A program made the position numbers and the translations under genes. The notes under the pieces are model-generated. The model did no database searches. It had not been told where the DNA came from and worked only from the letters and a program-made list of their open reading frames with translations. Of a stretch of DNA of 64,000 nucleotides, positions 24,011 to 36,848 are shown in pieces; positions within the stretch are counted from its first letter, which is position 1; each line of letters starts with the position of its first letter. This stretch comes from Vicugna vicugna. Lineage: Eukaryota. The stretch lies in NCBI GenBank assembly GCA_013265495.1, contig MU062724.1:6112023-6176022 (forward strand), given 5' to 3'.

Positions 24011-24339
24011 CAGGTTCATAAACACTCAGCTCATTCTCGTTAAGCCTCTGTCTTCTCATCTGCAAGTGAGAGCTTAAGGAACATCGAGGGCCAGCCGAGC
24101 GCGGACTGTGACAGCCCACGCTGGCTGTCGTTGGACTGAGTCTCTGACCAGGGCTCTGTTGCAGATCCCCCCTCACTTTCCTGTCACACCTGCATCAGTC
24201 TCACTGCTCTGCCACGTATGGTTTTTGTTGTCACTGCATCCACACCCATGAAGGCAGCTTTAATCTGCCTCCCCTTGAGTAGGACTTTCGTACTCTGATT
24301 GCAGCTTACCCAGGGCGATTGCTTACGACTGTGCAGAAC

Positions 24340-24380
24340 GCACGGAAGAAATGAACAGCAGTGACGTCACTAAGTCACGC
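24340..24380. promoter_or_regulatory. CRE palindrome + ETS motif cluster (candidate enhancer/promoter)
   Basis: Perfect 12-bp palindrome agtgacgtcact at 24360-24371 (full CRE TGACGTCA), cggaag at 24343-24348, and several retained CpGs. Confidence 0.45.
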
Positions 24381-24561
24381 TCCCTGGAACAGGACTGTGT
24401 CTCCTCAGAGGGGAACAGTAAACCCTGTTTGGCAGAAAACCACCGTCCTCTCCCTAAGCCTTCAGCCCACAAGACTGCACCTCCTTTCTAGGAAGTGCTG
24501 TTTTCTGATCAGCACAAAACTCCTCCATGGCCCAGCCAGAATCTTGTCTCCCTTTATAGCT

Positions 24562-25107
24562 CTTGAATTATTTTTTTTATTGCTGTGTAATAAGTTATGA
24601 CACATTTTGCAGTCAAAAACAGCACACGTTTCTAGCTCGTACTTGTTTATGGATCGGGATTCCAGGCGTGGAGTAACGGATACCCTACCCAGTATTTCAC
24701 AAGGCTGCAGTCAAGGTCTTGGCCGGGCTGTGTTCTCATTGGGAGGCCTCTGGTTCTACGCTCCCTTGGGTTGTTGGTAGAATTCCTTTGTTGCTGGAGA
24801 ATCCATGGAGCCTTGTTTCTTCAGAATCAGCAGTGGGGCTAGTCTCTGCTGCTTCATATCTTTCATTCAAAGACTCTCTATGAAATGGCTCACCTAATTA
24901 GGTGCAGCCCACCTGGGATAATATCCTTTTGATTAATGTTAATTTAAAGTTAGCTGACGAGAGGCTTTAATTACTTGTGCAATATCCTTCCATCTTTGCC
25001 AAATTCTATTGATTAGAAGTAAATTACAGGTTCTCTTCACACGCAGGGGAAGGGGATTATACAAGGGTGTGGACCATTGTGGGCCATCTCATAATTCTGC
25101 CTAGCAT
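24562..25107 (-). mobile_element. MaLR LTR, MLT1E/F/G-like
   Basis: cacaaggctgcagtcaaggtcttggccgggctg...ggctcacctaattaggtgcagcccacctgggataat...gggccatctcataattctgccta. Confidence 0.85.
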
Positions 25108-25199
25108 GACTCCTTGCTCAGATATTGATTTTCTATCCTTGGAATTCTTACAGCTATTTTGTTTGTCTCTTCACAATCATCACATGTCACACAGTGGGT

Positions 25200-25440
25200 G
25201 ACTCTTTGGTATTTACGACTGGAACGTGCTTCTAGCCCTCCTTCCCCTCTCTCATGTTTTCTTCTGTAGCACTCATTCATCACATGCTATGTAGCTGATT
25301 TCTTATTATATTTACTCTGCATGGTCTATCTGCCCTGAATCAAAGCTCTTTAACGAAACTTTGTTTTCTCCCTGATGTACCCCTATGCAGTACTGGACGC
25401 ATTGTAGATTCTCAATAAATGTTAAATGAATGCTTGAAAT
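25200..25440 (+). mobile_element. L2 3' end
   Basis: Ends in gcattgtagattctcaataaatgttaaatgaatg, typical of the L2 terminus. Confidence 0.6.
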
Positions 25441-25999
25441 GTGCTATTTTCTTCCTTTTATATTCTCTCTAATTAGAGTGAAAGGTCCTTATTATCAAAG
25501 TATCATTCCTTGTAGACTAGTTCAACTGTATCAAAACATTTCTGATTGTGTACCCCATGATTAGAGTAGTAATAATTAAAGCATGCAGCTCAGTGTAGGC
25601 AATTCTAGATAATAAAAGTGCAGGCGATAGTGATGTATCATGAAGATTATAAAACCAAGAAAATACAAATGTTAAAAGGATAAGATTACTTTATTCTAAA
25701 AATCTCAATTCTATTATTTTCTCACACTCCAACTTATCTTCTCCTGCAGGATTTCCCCCATATTACAGTAGTAGTGTAGCTAGTTGTTTAATAATAAATA
25801 TTTTGATGCTTGACCTTTGCTTCATTTTGACTCTGTTGAAACTACATATAGATGCTGACTGAAGAGAGTTTAAAAAAAATTGATGAAGTGACCACTTAGA
25901 AACTTTCCATTTTATTATTATGTTTTGCAAGTGAATGATTGCTAGGTTACCATAGGATTGGGGTATTATTGGTTAGAGATAAAAGGAAGGAGAGAGATG

Positions 26000-26335
26000 C
26001 AGTGTACGTAGGTAAGTAAATGTGTGGCCTTTGGAATCACATAGCCAGAGTTCAGCTTCTCACCCCAGCACTTGATAGCTAACTGAACGTGGGCAAGCAA
26101 CTTTTATTACTTTAGTCACTTGTCTATAAATGACTAAAACAGTGACATCTACTACATAGGATTATTGGAAAAATTTAAATGAATTTAAGTACCTATAGCC
26201 TAGAACAGAGTAACATCTGGTCAATTTGGTAAGCTTTTAATAGCTTCAGTTTCCTTATTTTTAAATACATAGATAACAATACCTACGCATAAGATAGTTA
26301 CACACTGACCACAGTGCCTTGGGCATATAAACACT
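26000..26335 (+). mobile_element. MIR (two fragments)
   Basis: ggcctttggaatcacatagccagagttc...gtgggcaagcaactt...ctataaatgac...acataggattattgg; then cttcagtttccttatttttaaa...acagtgccttgggcatataa. Confidence 0.7.
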
Positions 26336-27344
26336 TACACCTGGGCAGAGTTAGAAAATTCATTGTATCCATAAAAGAATGAAATGAGAACAGCAGGATG
26401 AAATCTACAAAAAGGGGTTGTGTTGCAGTAGCTACTGAATTACTTATTTTGTTAAATTAATATAAAGCTACAAATTCAAATTATCATTTGGGGAAAAAAG
26501 TTGAACCAACTTAAAGAATTGCTGTTTGAAGCACTGGTAGAGTTTCTTCTGTAGCAGAGAGCTTAAGCAAGTAATTTGTGAATCTTGTGATTCTGTCTTA
26601 AAAGTATTAATAATCAACTCTAAGTAATTTTAAATATCTGTTTCATTAGGTTATGTTTTAAAAACTTAATTAAAGGCAAGGGGGTAAAAAGACTGTTGAT
26701 TACCACAATAATTGATCAGATTACTAATACACATCATAGAGTTACTGTGGCTTGAAAGACTGTTTGGTAAGGTGATCTACAGATTCACCTCTGGGCTTCA
26801 GCTTGAGTACTCAAAAGACCGAGGGGTTAAGTCTCAATTCCTCATCAAGGAAATCTACGTTCTGGGAAAGGAAGATTCAAATCTGAAAATTCCTGCCCTT
26901 CCAAATCATAAATGCCGCTGAGGAAACTGAAGCAAGAAAATTAGAGCTGGAGGCTGAGTCTTCCTTCCAGATGCTCTAAGTACACGCCTCCTGTTTCACT
27001 GCTGTTCATTCTAGAATGAGGCAAAAGAAGTGATGTTCTGCAAGGTGTTTCATGTAACACACCCACGGTCTCAATATCATAAACCCCAGTTAGCTCAGAG
27101 ATCATCTCTTTTAATATTTCTAAGAATGTTTTTGGCAGAAGGTTCTATTTACCAGTTGTTCTCTGAGGTAAGGATTCTGTGCTCCAATAATCTAGGGCAA
27201 TGCTTCGTGGCTACATTTCTCTTGGAAATGTACGGTGCATTTTAGTTTATTACAAGCTGTTGGATATTATGAAGGAAAAAAAATGAGTTTAACATGACAA
27301 TGCTCCAAACTTTTTTGAATGTATATTTATTTTATTTAGCTTTA

Positions 27345-27541
27345 GAAATACATTTATTCTGAGAGTGGAACTTAAATGTTCCCCCCACCAAAAAAATAAA
27401 AAGATACATATGTGAGGTTATGAAACTAGATGGTGAGAAATCCTTTTACAATGTAAACGTATATCAAATGGTCATGATGAGTACTTTAAATATCCTACAA
27501 TTTTATTCATTAATTATACCTCAATAAGCTGAAAAAATAAA
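27345..27541 (+). mobile_element. Old L1 (L1MA/L1MB-like) 3' terminus
   Basis: atatgtgaggttatg...ttttacaatgtaaacgtatatcaaa...ctttaaatatcctacaattttattcattaattatacctcaataagctgaaaaaa. Confidence 0.8.
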
Positions 27542-27619
27542 TAAATATATTTATTTACTTTAGCTATTTATGTGCCAAAACACCTTCAGCAAAATTAGTG
27601 TTTCTAAGAACACACAGAT

Positions 27620-27990
27620 AACTATGACAATGATAAAAATAATTGCTACAGGTAGATGTCTAGGCACTAGGTTCTTTGTATAAAATAACTCAGTCAGTTC
27701 CCACAGTAATCTGATAATATAGACACAATTATTACCATCCCCCTTTCTCCTCACATGTGTAAAACTAAGGTTTGGTGGGCTAAGAAACTTGCCAAAGGCC
27801 ATAACCTAGCAAATCATTATATCGCATCTCAGATTTGGTAATACTGATGTGTTTAAAATATAAGCAAACTGAGGCCCGGAAAAGTATTAATAACTCGTTG
27901 CCCAAGTTAATATTGTTGTTTAGAGACAGAGCTGGGACTTCCTAGTTATGCTCGTTACTGGTTAGCTGGTTCTCTTGGCAACATACCATG
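27620..27990 (-). mobile_element. MIR, antisense (two fragments)
   Basis: gtctaggcactaggttcttt...aaaactaaggtttggtgggctaagaaacttgccaaaggccataacctagcaaat; aaactgaggcccggaaaag...gcccaagtt. Confidence 0.75.
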
Positions 27991-30129
27991 CTGCTGCACT
28001 TGTATGATGATTTTCAGTTATTTTTCTTCTCTGTTACATGAGTTTTGCATGAGTCTACGCTGCACCCTCATACCGTTCTGTCTGGCTTCTAGAAGCACAG
28101 GTATAGAATGTATATTGACAAGTATTATCCATTTATATTAAACAATTCCTACTAACACTTTTTAGAGGGATTGCACATGGTGCTCAATACATGTTTGAAG
28201 AATCACATTGATGCCTGTTTCCTGGTGTCCAAGGCCTGGTGACCTTACATGACCTATTAGGTGTCTACAGAGAGAGTGATTAAGCCTATTTGTATTTTTA
28301 TGGCCATAAATATGCATCCTAGCCTTTGATACCTGAGTTGTGACTAACTGAAAGCTGTTTGTCACTCACTTTCAAAAGAAAGGTGTTGTAAGGACTTGTG
28401 AATGAAAATCTGTAAGCACGCTCACGTCCTGATTAGAGAGCGCAACGGAAGCACAAAGGCATGTTGATTTCTCCAAGTGGCATGATGAAAGTCAGTCAGA
28501 GAGACTGCACTGCCTTCTGACGAAGAGTGGCTGCAGGAACATCTGTTCCCTACTGCCCACGGCATCTCCCTCTTCTTTCTACTTGGTCAGAGCATTGTGA
28601 TGCGCACTCATCCTTTGAAAGAGTTAAATGATGAAAGCTATGTGGCAAAACGGAACTCTGGCTAAGCCTGTAAACCCTGGCTTTTACAGGACTCCTGATT
28701 GGGCTTAGGAGTTACGAGGTTTCAGAGAATTCCTGCCTGAATGTTATTTCCTATTTTGACATTTGTGATTGTACATGGCAATGCAGATTTTAAAAACCTG
28801 ACAGGTCTCAGTGAATTATGTGATATATATATAAATTATCCCCTATGAGATCCCCTTTAAATTGATGGTATCACACTAAGCAGTGAAATAAAAGAGCCAC
28901 CAGTACTTATCCTTATAGGCTAATAGCTGCAAATGATTTTATGAATCATTAATTTAGAGATGTGGTCCTACCCATTTTTAAAACCCAATGTGAGATTAAC
29001 ATATTTTGTCTGTGATACGATGTTAATAGTTTTGAAAAAAGAGGCCATCTGATGAGGTGAAACTCTCCCAATTGTGTGCCATTGAATTTTTGAATAATGA
29101 GATGAATATGGTTATGACTAATGAGAATTCTTGACTGTTAAAGAAGGAATATTGATAGGTTGATAAATCAGTACTGGTTGCTTAATGTCCTAAAATACAC
29201 TGCTTTTTAAATCATGACACATACAATATAAATAATTTTTTAAAAAATCTTTTTACATTGCTTCCTGTTTGTGATATTTTACTAAAGCATTAGAACGTAG
29301 AAATTAAGAGAAACTGGAGAACATCCTTTTGGCTAAGGTTAAGTAATTATTTTCCTTTTTTAGTTCATTTAATGTTCCCTTTCCTTTGGTAGAGCCAGTT
29401 GGGTAAGTGTTTAGTGTTTTGTGGTGATTTCACCGTGCAGCTACCATTAAAATAAACATGAAACGGCATGGGTAAATTAGAGCAGGCTGCTTTGAAAATG
29501 TACCCCACTATTTTCAGCACATTAAACTGTCAGAACCTGATAAAATTGGGCTTACACTCCTAATTTGAGAGTTTGTTTGTAATGTATTTATATCCTTTTC
29601 ATCCAAAGTTGGTATAAGATTTAAATGGTAGCATAACATGTTCATGGATGTGTCAATAGTACATGAAGCCAATGTATATTTTAGAAGTATTTCTTGAAGA
29701 GTCAAGGTTTAATATATCTATACTGGTGAAAAGCTGCAAATGGGTCAATAGACTTTGCTGTAATTCAAGGGGAAGAAAAATCTGACCGTATTTCACCATT
29801 TTTGTCTTTGTTAATGTGCATGGCAGTATATCCTTACTCTTCTTTGAATTTGCAAGGGTATTTTTGCAGTCAGCCCATTGAGTAGCATGCTCACTAATCA
29901 ATTAACAAATAATTGCTAAGCAGGGACTGTGAAGCAAAGCAGTATGCTGGCCTTCTCCCTACACTTCGCTGAACTCTCTATTTGACACTCTGATGCTCAG
30001 TAAATATTTATTACTTTGTATTTTTCTTTTAAATTGAAGAACAGAATTGCTAACAAGCAGGCAACAGCCCTAATGCGCAATGAGGATACGGAGCTGTGTT
30101 TAGGCCGGTGCATCTGCCAGAGACAGGAG

Positions 30130-30352
30130 ATAGAGTTCAAAGTGTGGCCTTTGGAGCTACACCAAATTTAGCTCCAGTTCTGATGTTCTCACTTAATATC
30201 TGGGTCACTTTGGGCTAGTTGCTTAACCTTTATATACTTCAACGTCTTTAATGTAAAATGGGAATAATAGAATTCCTATAAAGTGGTGTTCAGATGGTTA
30301 AATGAATTCATGTGAAGTTTGAAACTGTCCCTGGTGAAAAGTAAGTGCAATA
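30130..30352 (+). mobile_element. MIR
   Basis: ggcctttggagctac...gggtcactttgggctagttgcttaacc...tgtaaaatgggaataatagaattccta...gttaaatgaattcatgtgaag...taagtgcaataaa. Confidence 0.75.
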
Positions 30353-31003
30353 AACCATAGAGCTGGTTTGGTATACAGACCCTGTTTTAATTCTCTTCTT
30401 CCATGTATTAACTTTGTGATATTGATATATATATATATAAACTTTTTTTATTGATATGAACACAGACTTGGAGAGGTTCAGTGATGTTAGGGGAGGTCTG
30501 GGAAGACAATTTATGGATGAAATTATTACATGAACTCACCACAAGTAAGTGCTGGTGTCGATTCATTCTTTCATGACTGCATCAGGCGTCCACTTTTAGA
30601 TCTTAGAGTTTAGAGATTGGAAATAAAGCTATTTTAAAGTAATATTCATTTGTAACGTCTTACTGGATCTAAGATTGTTAGCATCCTTTTTCTCTCCTCT
30701 TTTCCAAAAGACTGAGGCTGTTTAAACCCTCGCTTTAAGCATTTGTTATGGATCCCCCAAAGAAAATAGTAGTGTTTCTTTTTAATTTCACTTAATCATC
30801 TTCTACAGAATAAAGATGTTAATAATTCCAAGGCTTTATATTTAAAATTTCTAAAAATTTCCACCAATAACACTCAAAGCCCATAGGATGTTATCTTCTC
30901 TGCTACAAAGTGACGCTAATCCTTTCTTCCTGATAGGATTTCTATGGCAAGCAAACAAAGCTATGGGAGGATTTACATGTGTTAGGTTATTACCTTTACT
31001 GAC

Positions 31004-31540
31004 TCTGGTAGGTAGAATAATGGCCTCCCCAAAACGTCCACCATCTAATCCCAAAACCCTCTGAATATGTCAATTAAAAGGCAAAGGAGAATGAAGACTG
31101 CAGACGGAATTCAGTTTGCCAGTCCGCTAACTTTACCATAGGGAGTGTACCCTGGATTTTCCAGGTGGGCACCATGTAATCACAAGGGTCCTTAAAAACA
31201 GACCAGAGACAAGAGTCAGAGTTGGAGAGATGAGACTAACAAGGAGCTCAGAGTGACGCTAAGGGAGGACTCAACCAGCTTTGGCTCATGGCTTGGCAGC
31301 GGGAGGACAGTGGTCAGGAGGGTGAAGTGGGCAGCCTGTGCAAGTTGAAAGAGGCAAGGAAACAGATTTTCCTCTAAAGCCTACAGAGGAACTAGCCCTG
31401 CAGACACTCCTTGATTTGGGCCAAATGAGACTTATATCGGACTTCTGACCCACCTTTTAGTTATAAGGGAATATATTTGTGTTGTTTCACTAGATTTGTG
31501 GCAGTTTTTTTTTTCACAGCAGTAATAGAAAACTAATTAA
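31004..31540 (+). mobile_element. MLT1D MaLR solo LTR, near full length
   Basis: ggtaggtagaataatggcctcccc...ccatgtaatcacaagggtcctta...ggcaaggaaacagattttcctctaaagcc...ggacttctgacc...cagcagtaatagaaaactaat. Confidence 0.92.
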
Positions 31541-32079
31541 GTATGATTATTATAGAAATTATTTCCTGTGCTCCTCCCCGTTTTAAAATCCCAAGGTTTT
31601 CAAGCATAAAATTCCTAGAGATATGAGTTTTGTCCCAACTCTGTCACTAATTAGCTGCTATTCTGGCCCATGTGACTCTGTCCCTCCATGCGGGATGTGT
31701 ACCATAATGCCCTTCAGGTGTCATTCCACTCGCAGGTAAGAGCATGATAAAGGTACCACTGTGATGTCAGCTTCGTCTCAATCACTATGCACGGGCTAAT
31801 TATTTTAAGTGCTAGAAATAAGGTAGTAAATGTAAGAAGAGCCAAAATGTAAGGCTGAAAGAATTACAGAAGCAAGAGATAAAAGTGATATGTTACTTTT
31901 ATATGTGGACAATTAATTGTACTAGGTCATAGTGTCCTACTGTAGGGCAATAGAAGGACATGTCAAGGTTTTCTCGATTATATCATTAGATTTATGGCCA
32001 TTAAAAATACTTCCTTCCCAGTATTTCTCTGTTCAGTCTCTGATGCACCCCACTCCCCTTCCAACACACAAAACATATG

Positions 32080-32157
32080 ATATGTATATACATGTGTTTA
32101 TATATGTTATATACATGTATGCATACATGTATATATGTATATACCTATATTTAATGT
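32080..32157. repeat. (TA/TATG) low-complexity tract
   Basis: Read directly. Confidence 0.85.
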
Positions 32158-33059
32158 GAGATCTAGACACAAGGCATGACAATATTTGTGTGATTCCCTA
32201 AGATCCTTTTTTATAATCCACAGAGCACAACAGATTCTTGCAAATTTGCAAAAGAGGCCGTGATTTTGTTCATAGAGAGAAAGGATTTATTTCTCTCAAT
32301 TATGCAATGATTTTTATTATGAGATGAATCATCCAGAATACATCTCAAGCCATTCACAAAATTAGCCTGTTGTTGCTAGTCAGCCAATATTACATTATCT
32401 CAACTACCTGGAGGGCACTTAGTAAACAACCATAACTCCAGAAAATAGAGGAAAACATAAAGTAGACAAAAATGGTCTTCTGACCAGGTACACTCAGGAA
32501 CTTTGCTCATGACCAAACCTTTACAGGCAGCCACTCAATGTTGCCTTTAGATTTCCTCCTTATAAAATCTGATTTTAGAAAATGTTGGTTATCTTGGTTC
32601 CTGACACACAACAAGGCATTGTAAAAAAAATTAGGAGCAGTAAGGATATTACTAAATGGGTCTACACTGATAACTACATTAAGCTATTGTTGATTGCTTA
32701 TTAGCCAGACCAAAAAAAAAAAAAAAAACAGAAAATAGATCTTAAAATTATAGCAGTGCAGAGTCTCATCTGTATTGGAATAAGCATCATTCTGCATCTC
32801 AAAATTCATTGAAGGCAGTGGTCCCAGTATAAGTGTTGGCATTCTGAAGTTCACCTTGAGTCACTGAGCAAAAGTTAAATTATATTCAGTCCCCTTTGTT
32901 TCAGAAGGCAAAGAAGTATAAATTGATTTCAGAAAGACCTTCACCTGTGGTACTGACATTTCTGTGTATCCACAGGCTGGACAAAACATGGCCAAAGGCA
33001 CTTTGCTGATACCATCTCAATGAATCAATGGTAAAAATCAAATAGAATTAAAAGGTAAA

Positions 33060-33590
33060 ATAAAATGAACTGTACTAAGTCATTTCTATTGCCTCTCAGC
33101 TCCATGTTTCCCTTAAAAGTTGGCAACTACATTCCCCAGACTACTTTTCCTAGCTTCCCAAAAGGCACTGCCAGTTAGAGCCACTGCTGAGAGGTCAGAA
33201 TAGGGAAGGTAGAAGAAAATCCTTTTTTTTTTTTTCCCCTTGCTCCTGGTGGAGCCTTGTGCAGCACCAGAAAGTAAAGAGCAGTGGGATGTGGTTGTCT
33301 TCCTCAAGGAGTTTCCAGGTGGTGTGTGCACACTCAGAGGGACCGTGGGCTCCTGGATGCCAGCTCAGAGACCACCCCGTGTCCCCAATTGCTCCAGGGC
33401 AGAGGTCTTGCAACTCTAGCAGCAAATACTGGCTCTGGGTCAGGAGCAGTAGCAGACTCCTGGTCCTTAGATAACCAGTCCTCATTTTACTGCTGCCACT
33501 CTGGCTCCCCTCCATTTCATTTTACTCTCAAAGCCTTTTGAACACCTTTATAACCAGTTCCCTAGTACACCTGCTTGAATTTCTGTCAGG
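33060..33590 (+). mobile_element. Old ERVL-class LTR (LTR33-like; subfamily uncertain)
   Basis: ccccagactacttttcctagcttccc...gcagtagcagactcctggtccttagataacc...aaagccttttgaacacctttataaccagttccc resembles recalled ERVL LTR consensus text. Local GC rise. Confidence 0.55.
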
Positions 33591-34677
33591 TTCCACTTTT
33601 CCAACAGGATACCAACAGATATATACATTTATATGTATATGGTTTTTATTAATATAAATATAATGAAAATCTAAATTAAATGAAATTCCTTTGTTTTTTT
33701 ATGTAAAAGGTTTAATGTATCTGGGCAATTCAGTCATCTAGCAGTGCTAGCCAAGTAAAACTTACTGTTTAATCTCAGCATTAGTTTTGCTGAAATTAAA
33801 AACATGATTTAGAAAATTGTCAGCAAAACTCTTCTTAGCAATTAAAACTACTTTGATAGTTGTCTGAGAACTGTAATGCCCAGAGCATTGACTTTGCTCA
33901 TTTCATAATATGGCCTGGGGTAAAAGAAGAAAAAAGTTGATATAGATAAAAACATGCTGGAATCCTCTGGCACCATTAGCAGGTGACAGAGTGGATTAAT
34001 AGCTTCAACCCAATTAAGTCAACATTCCACAGACAACATTAATTTCCCAAGTCAAGCAGCATGCAAACTTTCAGTGAGCAAGATCCACAACCCTAATGCT
34101 ACAAATGTCTATGGGGGGGGCTCCTCCAGTGTTTTGTGATCATGTATTTCTTTCCTTTCTTTGTTACATTTTTCTCTTTAGCAAACTAAAACATTGACTC
34201 ACAGAAATGATAAGTAAACATTTCCTTGAGAAGCTACTGTATTTGTTTTTTTCTAAGTATAGCTTATTTAAAAAATGGCAAAAAAATAGACAGTGTTACT
34301 CTTCCATTGCATGTGCAATAGAGAGTTTTGCTTAGTTTCTAGAAATGATCCCTGAAGTTTGGGGTGAGCAGTATGAAAAAACATAAAAAGGAGAGGTTGT
34401 TCAATGACTAACAGATACAAAGAGAAGCATGGTAAAGTAGAAAGCCAAAGGGTTTGCACTCAGTCTGAGTTTGAGTCTTCCCTCTAATTCTTCCTGAGAT
34501 GGTAATAGCATTCGCAATCTGTTTCCTCAGCTCTAAAAGGGGAGCAGAATATTTATTGAGATGAATGATAAAAGCTGATATATACAGACTGCTGAGCATG
34601 TGTCTCTAACTCAATAAATAAACAGGGTGATTTTATTTTGTAAATATAATAGTTGTACAGTATAAATGTGGAGATTT

Positions 34678-34714
34678 TATATATATATATATATATATAT
34701 ATAAATATATATAT
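34678..34714. repeat. (TA)n microsatellite
   Basis: About 12 perfect TA units, then an interrupted extension. Confidence 0.95.
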
Positions 34715-36275
34715 AAAAATGCATGTGTGTGTCTTAGGCTGAAATATTTGAACTTGCTTACATCGAACTGTTTTTGACCTACAACAATATTTATCTTCCT
34801 CCATTAAGGAAATTGTAATCTCTTATAAAAGGATTGGCACAGGGCATAATAAGATTTTTGCCAATTATTGATAATAACTAGACATTGCTTTTTCTATGTT
34901 AATGGTGATCACAATATGCTGGCCATAAGTGTGAGTGGCATAATAGATGTTGAAGGATTTTAGAGATTTTCCATTAAAGCACCAGTTAAGTTTTGTGTTT
35001 TTAAAATTGTGGTTGATTGGGAAAGGTTAGAGTATAAATGTTGTGTTACAAATACATTTGCTTAAATGAGCAAAAGGACTAAACATAATGTGAGAGTGAA
35101 AGATTCCATTTGTAACTGAGTGTTAATGGAAGATGAAATTAACTCCCTTAGAGCAATCAAACACCAATGAACAAATAATCTGTAGCCTTCAAAACGATGT
35201 CATGAAACATTTAGAACATTCATCCTGAACACTAAAGTGCTGAAAAGAAAGATAGGTAGAAACCAATGTGCCAGATACTTAAAGGACCACTAAATCTGCA
35301 AGTGCCATTGGAAAGTGAGCTTTGAAAGAACATATTGACGGACTTAGATTTAAGAACAGTTACACTGATCATAGAAAATCAGTGCCTATCTTGATCTCAA
35401 ATGTGCTGTTATTAAGTGGATTTTTAGTTAAGTGTTATATAAGTCTAAAAGAATGACAGCCAATTTAGTACTATAGCCAGGAAGCTACTTAAAAATATTA
35501 AAATGTATACCTATCATGCTTAAGTTTTGAAATGTATGTGTTTTAAAAACACATTGCATTTTAATTTGTTGGCTAACTTGTTTTAACCATACACATGTAA
35601 CCCCTGCTCCACTGTTTGAGATACCCTAGCTCTGCACGTGTCAGGGCACAAGAACAGCCTATGAGTCAAGTTCAGCTTAGTGGGTTTAAAAACCTAAGAT
35701 AGCTGCTTTCTTAAGAAGATCTGTCAATTCCTATGTGGCAAAAATGAGGATTGTTGTAGCAAGTAAGAAACTGACAAGTGGAATTTAATTTTCAATTTGA
35801 GCAAAGTTGACTGCTATGAATTAAAGTTTGTAAAATTGTAAGGAACTTAACTAACTTCAACGCATAGAAGTATGCATGTTTGTATGGTGGTATGTACACA
35901 CTCCAAGTATGATTAATATTTTTCTATATTAAAGTTTTAAGGATTATTTAATTTATGTAAAATGTACACTTTTTCATAGTACTTTAATTTCTGGTCAGTT
36001 TATTGTCTTGAACTGCTTTTTTACAAGTAGACTGTATGTTTAATTTAGATGATCATACACTGTATGCAGCCTTTTATTTGCTGAAATGTAGCTGGGTAAA
36101 TTAGTTTCACTTCAGTGGATAAAAGAATGTCTGCTGGCATCTATATTTTGGGATAAAACTTGAAAATGTGATGAAATTGAAATCTTTGGTGCTTGGATAA
36201 ACCAGATATTCAGTTTTTTAAGAATCATGGAATTTCAGTGTGTAAGGGAAATCGAAAACATCTAATCAATAGATT

Positions 36276-36848
36276 TGTTACCAAGAGGAGGGGAGAAAAG
36301 TTACCTCAGTCCTTCATTACCTGAAAAAAATGAATTTTTAATGAGAGAAAGAATGATAAGAAATAGAAGATTTTATTAGTGAAGTAAAAAGGTAGTAAAA
36401 TATAGTACACCCCTGAAAACTGGAGGTGGGCCAACCCAAGGGAGGAAAAATGGTGCCGCCCCTTTGTTTTTCCTGTTCTTTTATCCCGGCTCTAGGGGTG
36501 TTTTCATGATTGATTGATTGATTGGTGGCTCAAGTTTTTTGTGCTCAGGGACGTCCATCTCTTTTGCGCACGCTCTTACCCACAATGTGCACAGAGGAAC
36601 CTACGGGAGGGGGCTCAAACTGCAGTGTTAATTACATCATAATGTCCTTTGGGTCAAGTTAAACTGGGTTCTTCTCTCTACTGTGCAGCTGCTGCGTTCT
36701 ATCCTGGCCACTTCCTTGCTGGCCCTCATTTAGAGAAAGTAAGTCCTTGGAACCCCTTATCCTGAGCACGGGTGTATTGCTTACCTTCTGGGTTGCTGCC
36801 TCCCTCTTCCTCTCCCCTTGTCTGGTGCTCATTTCTAACTACCTAATA
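36276..36848 (-). mobile_element. ERV1-type solo LTR, copy 2 of 3
   Basis: Ends read tgttacc...ctaactacctaata. Flanks gatt/gatg (3/4 TSD). Shares ggccaacccaag, gctcttaccca, ggagggggc and atttagagaaagtaa with the other copies. Confidence 0.88.

Noticed and set aside
33113-33541. Four overlapping ORFs on both strands
   Set aside because: They lie in a GC-richer old LTR where stop codons are rarer.
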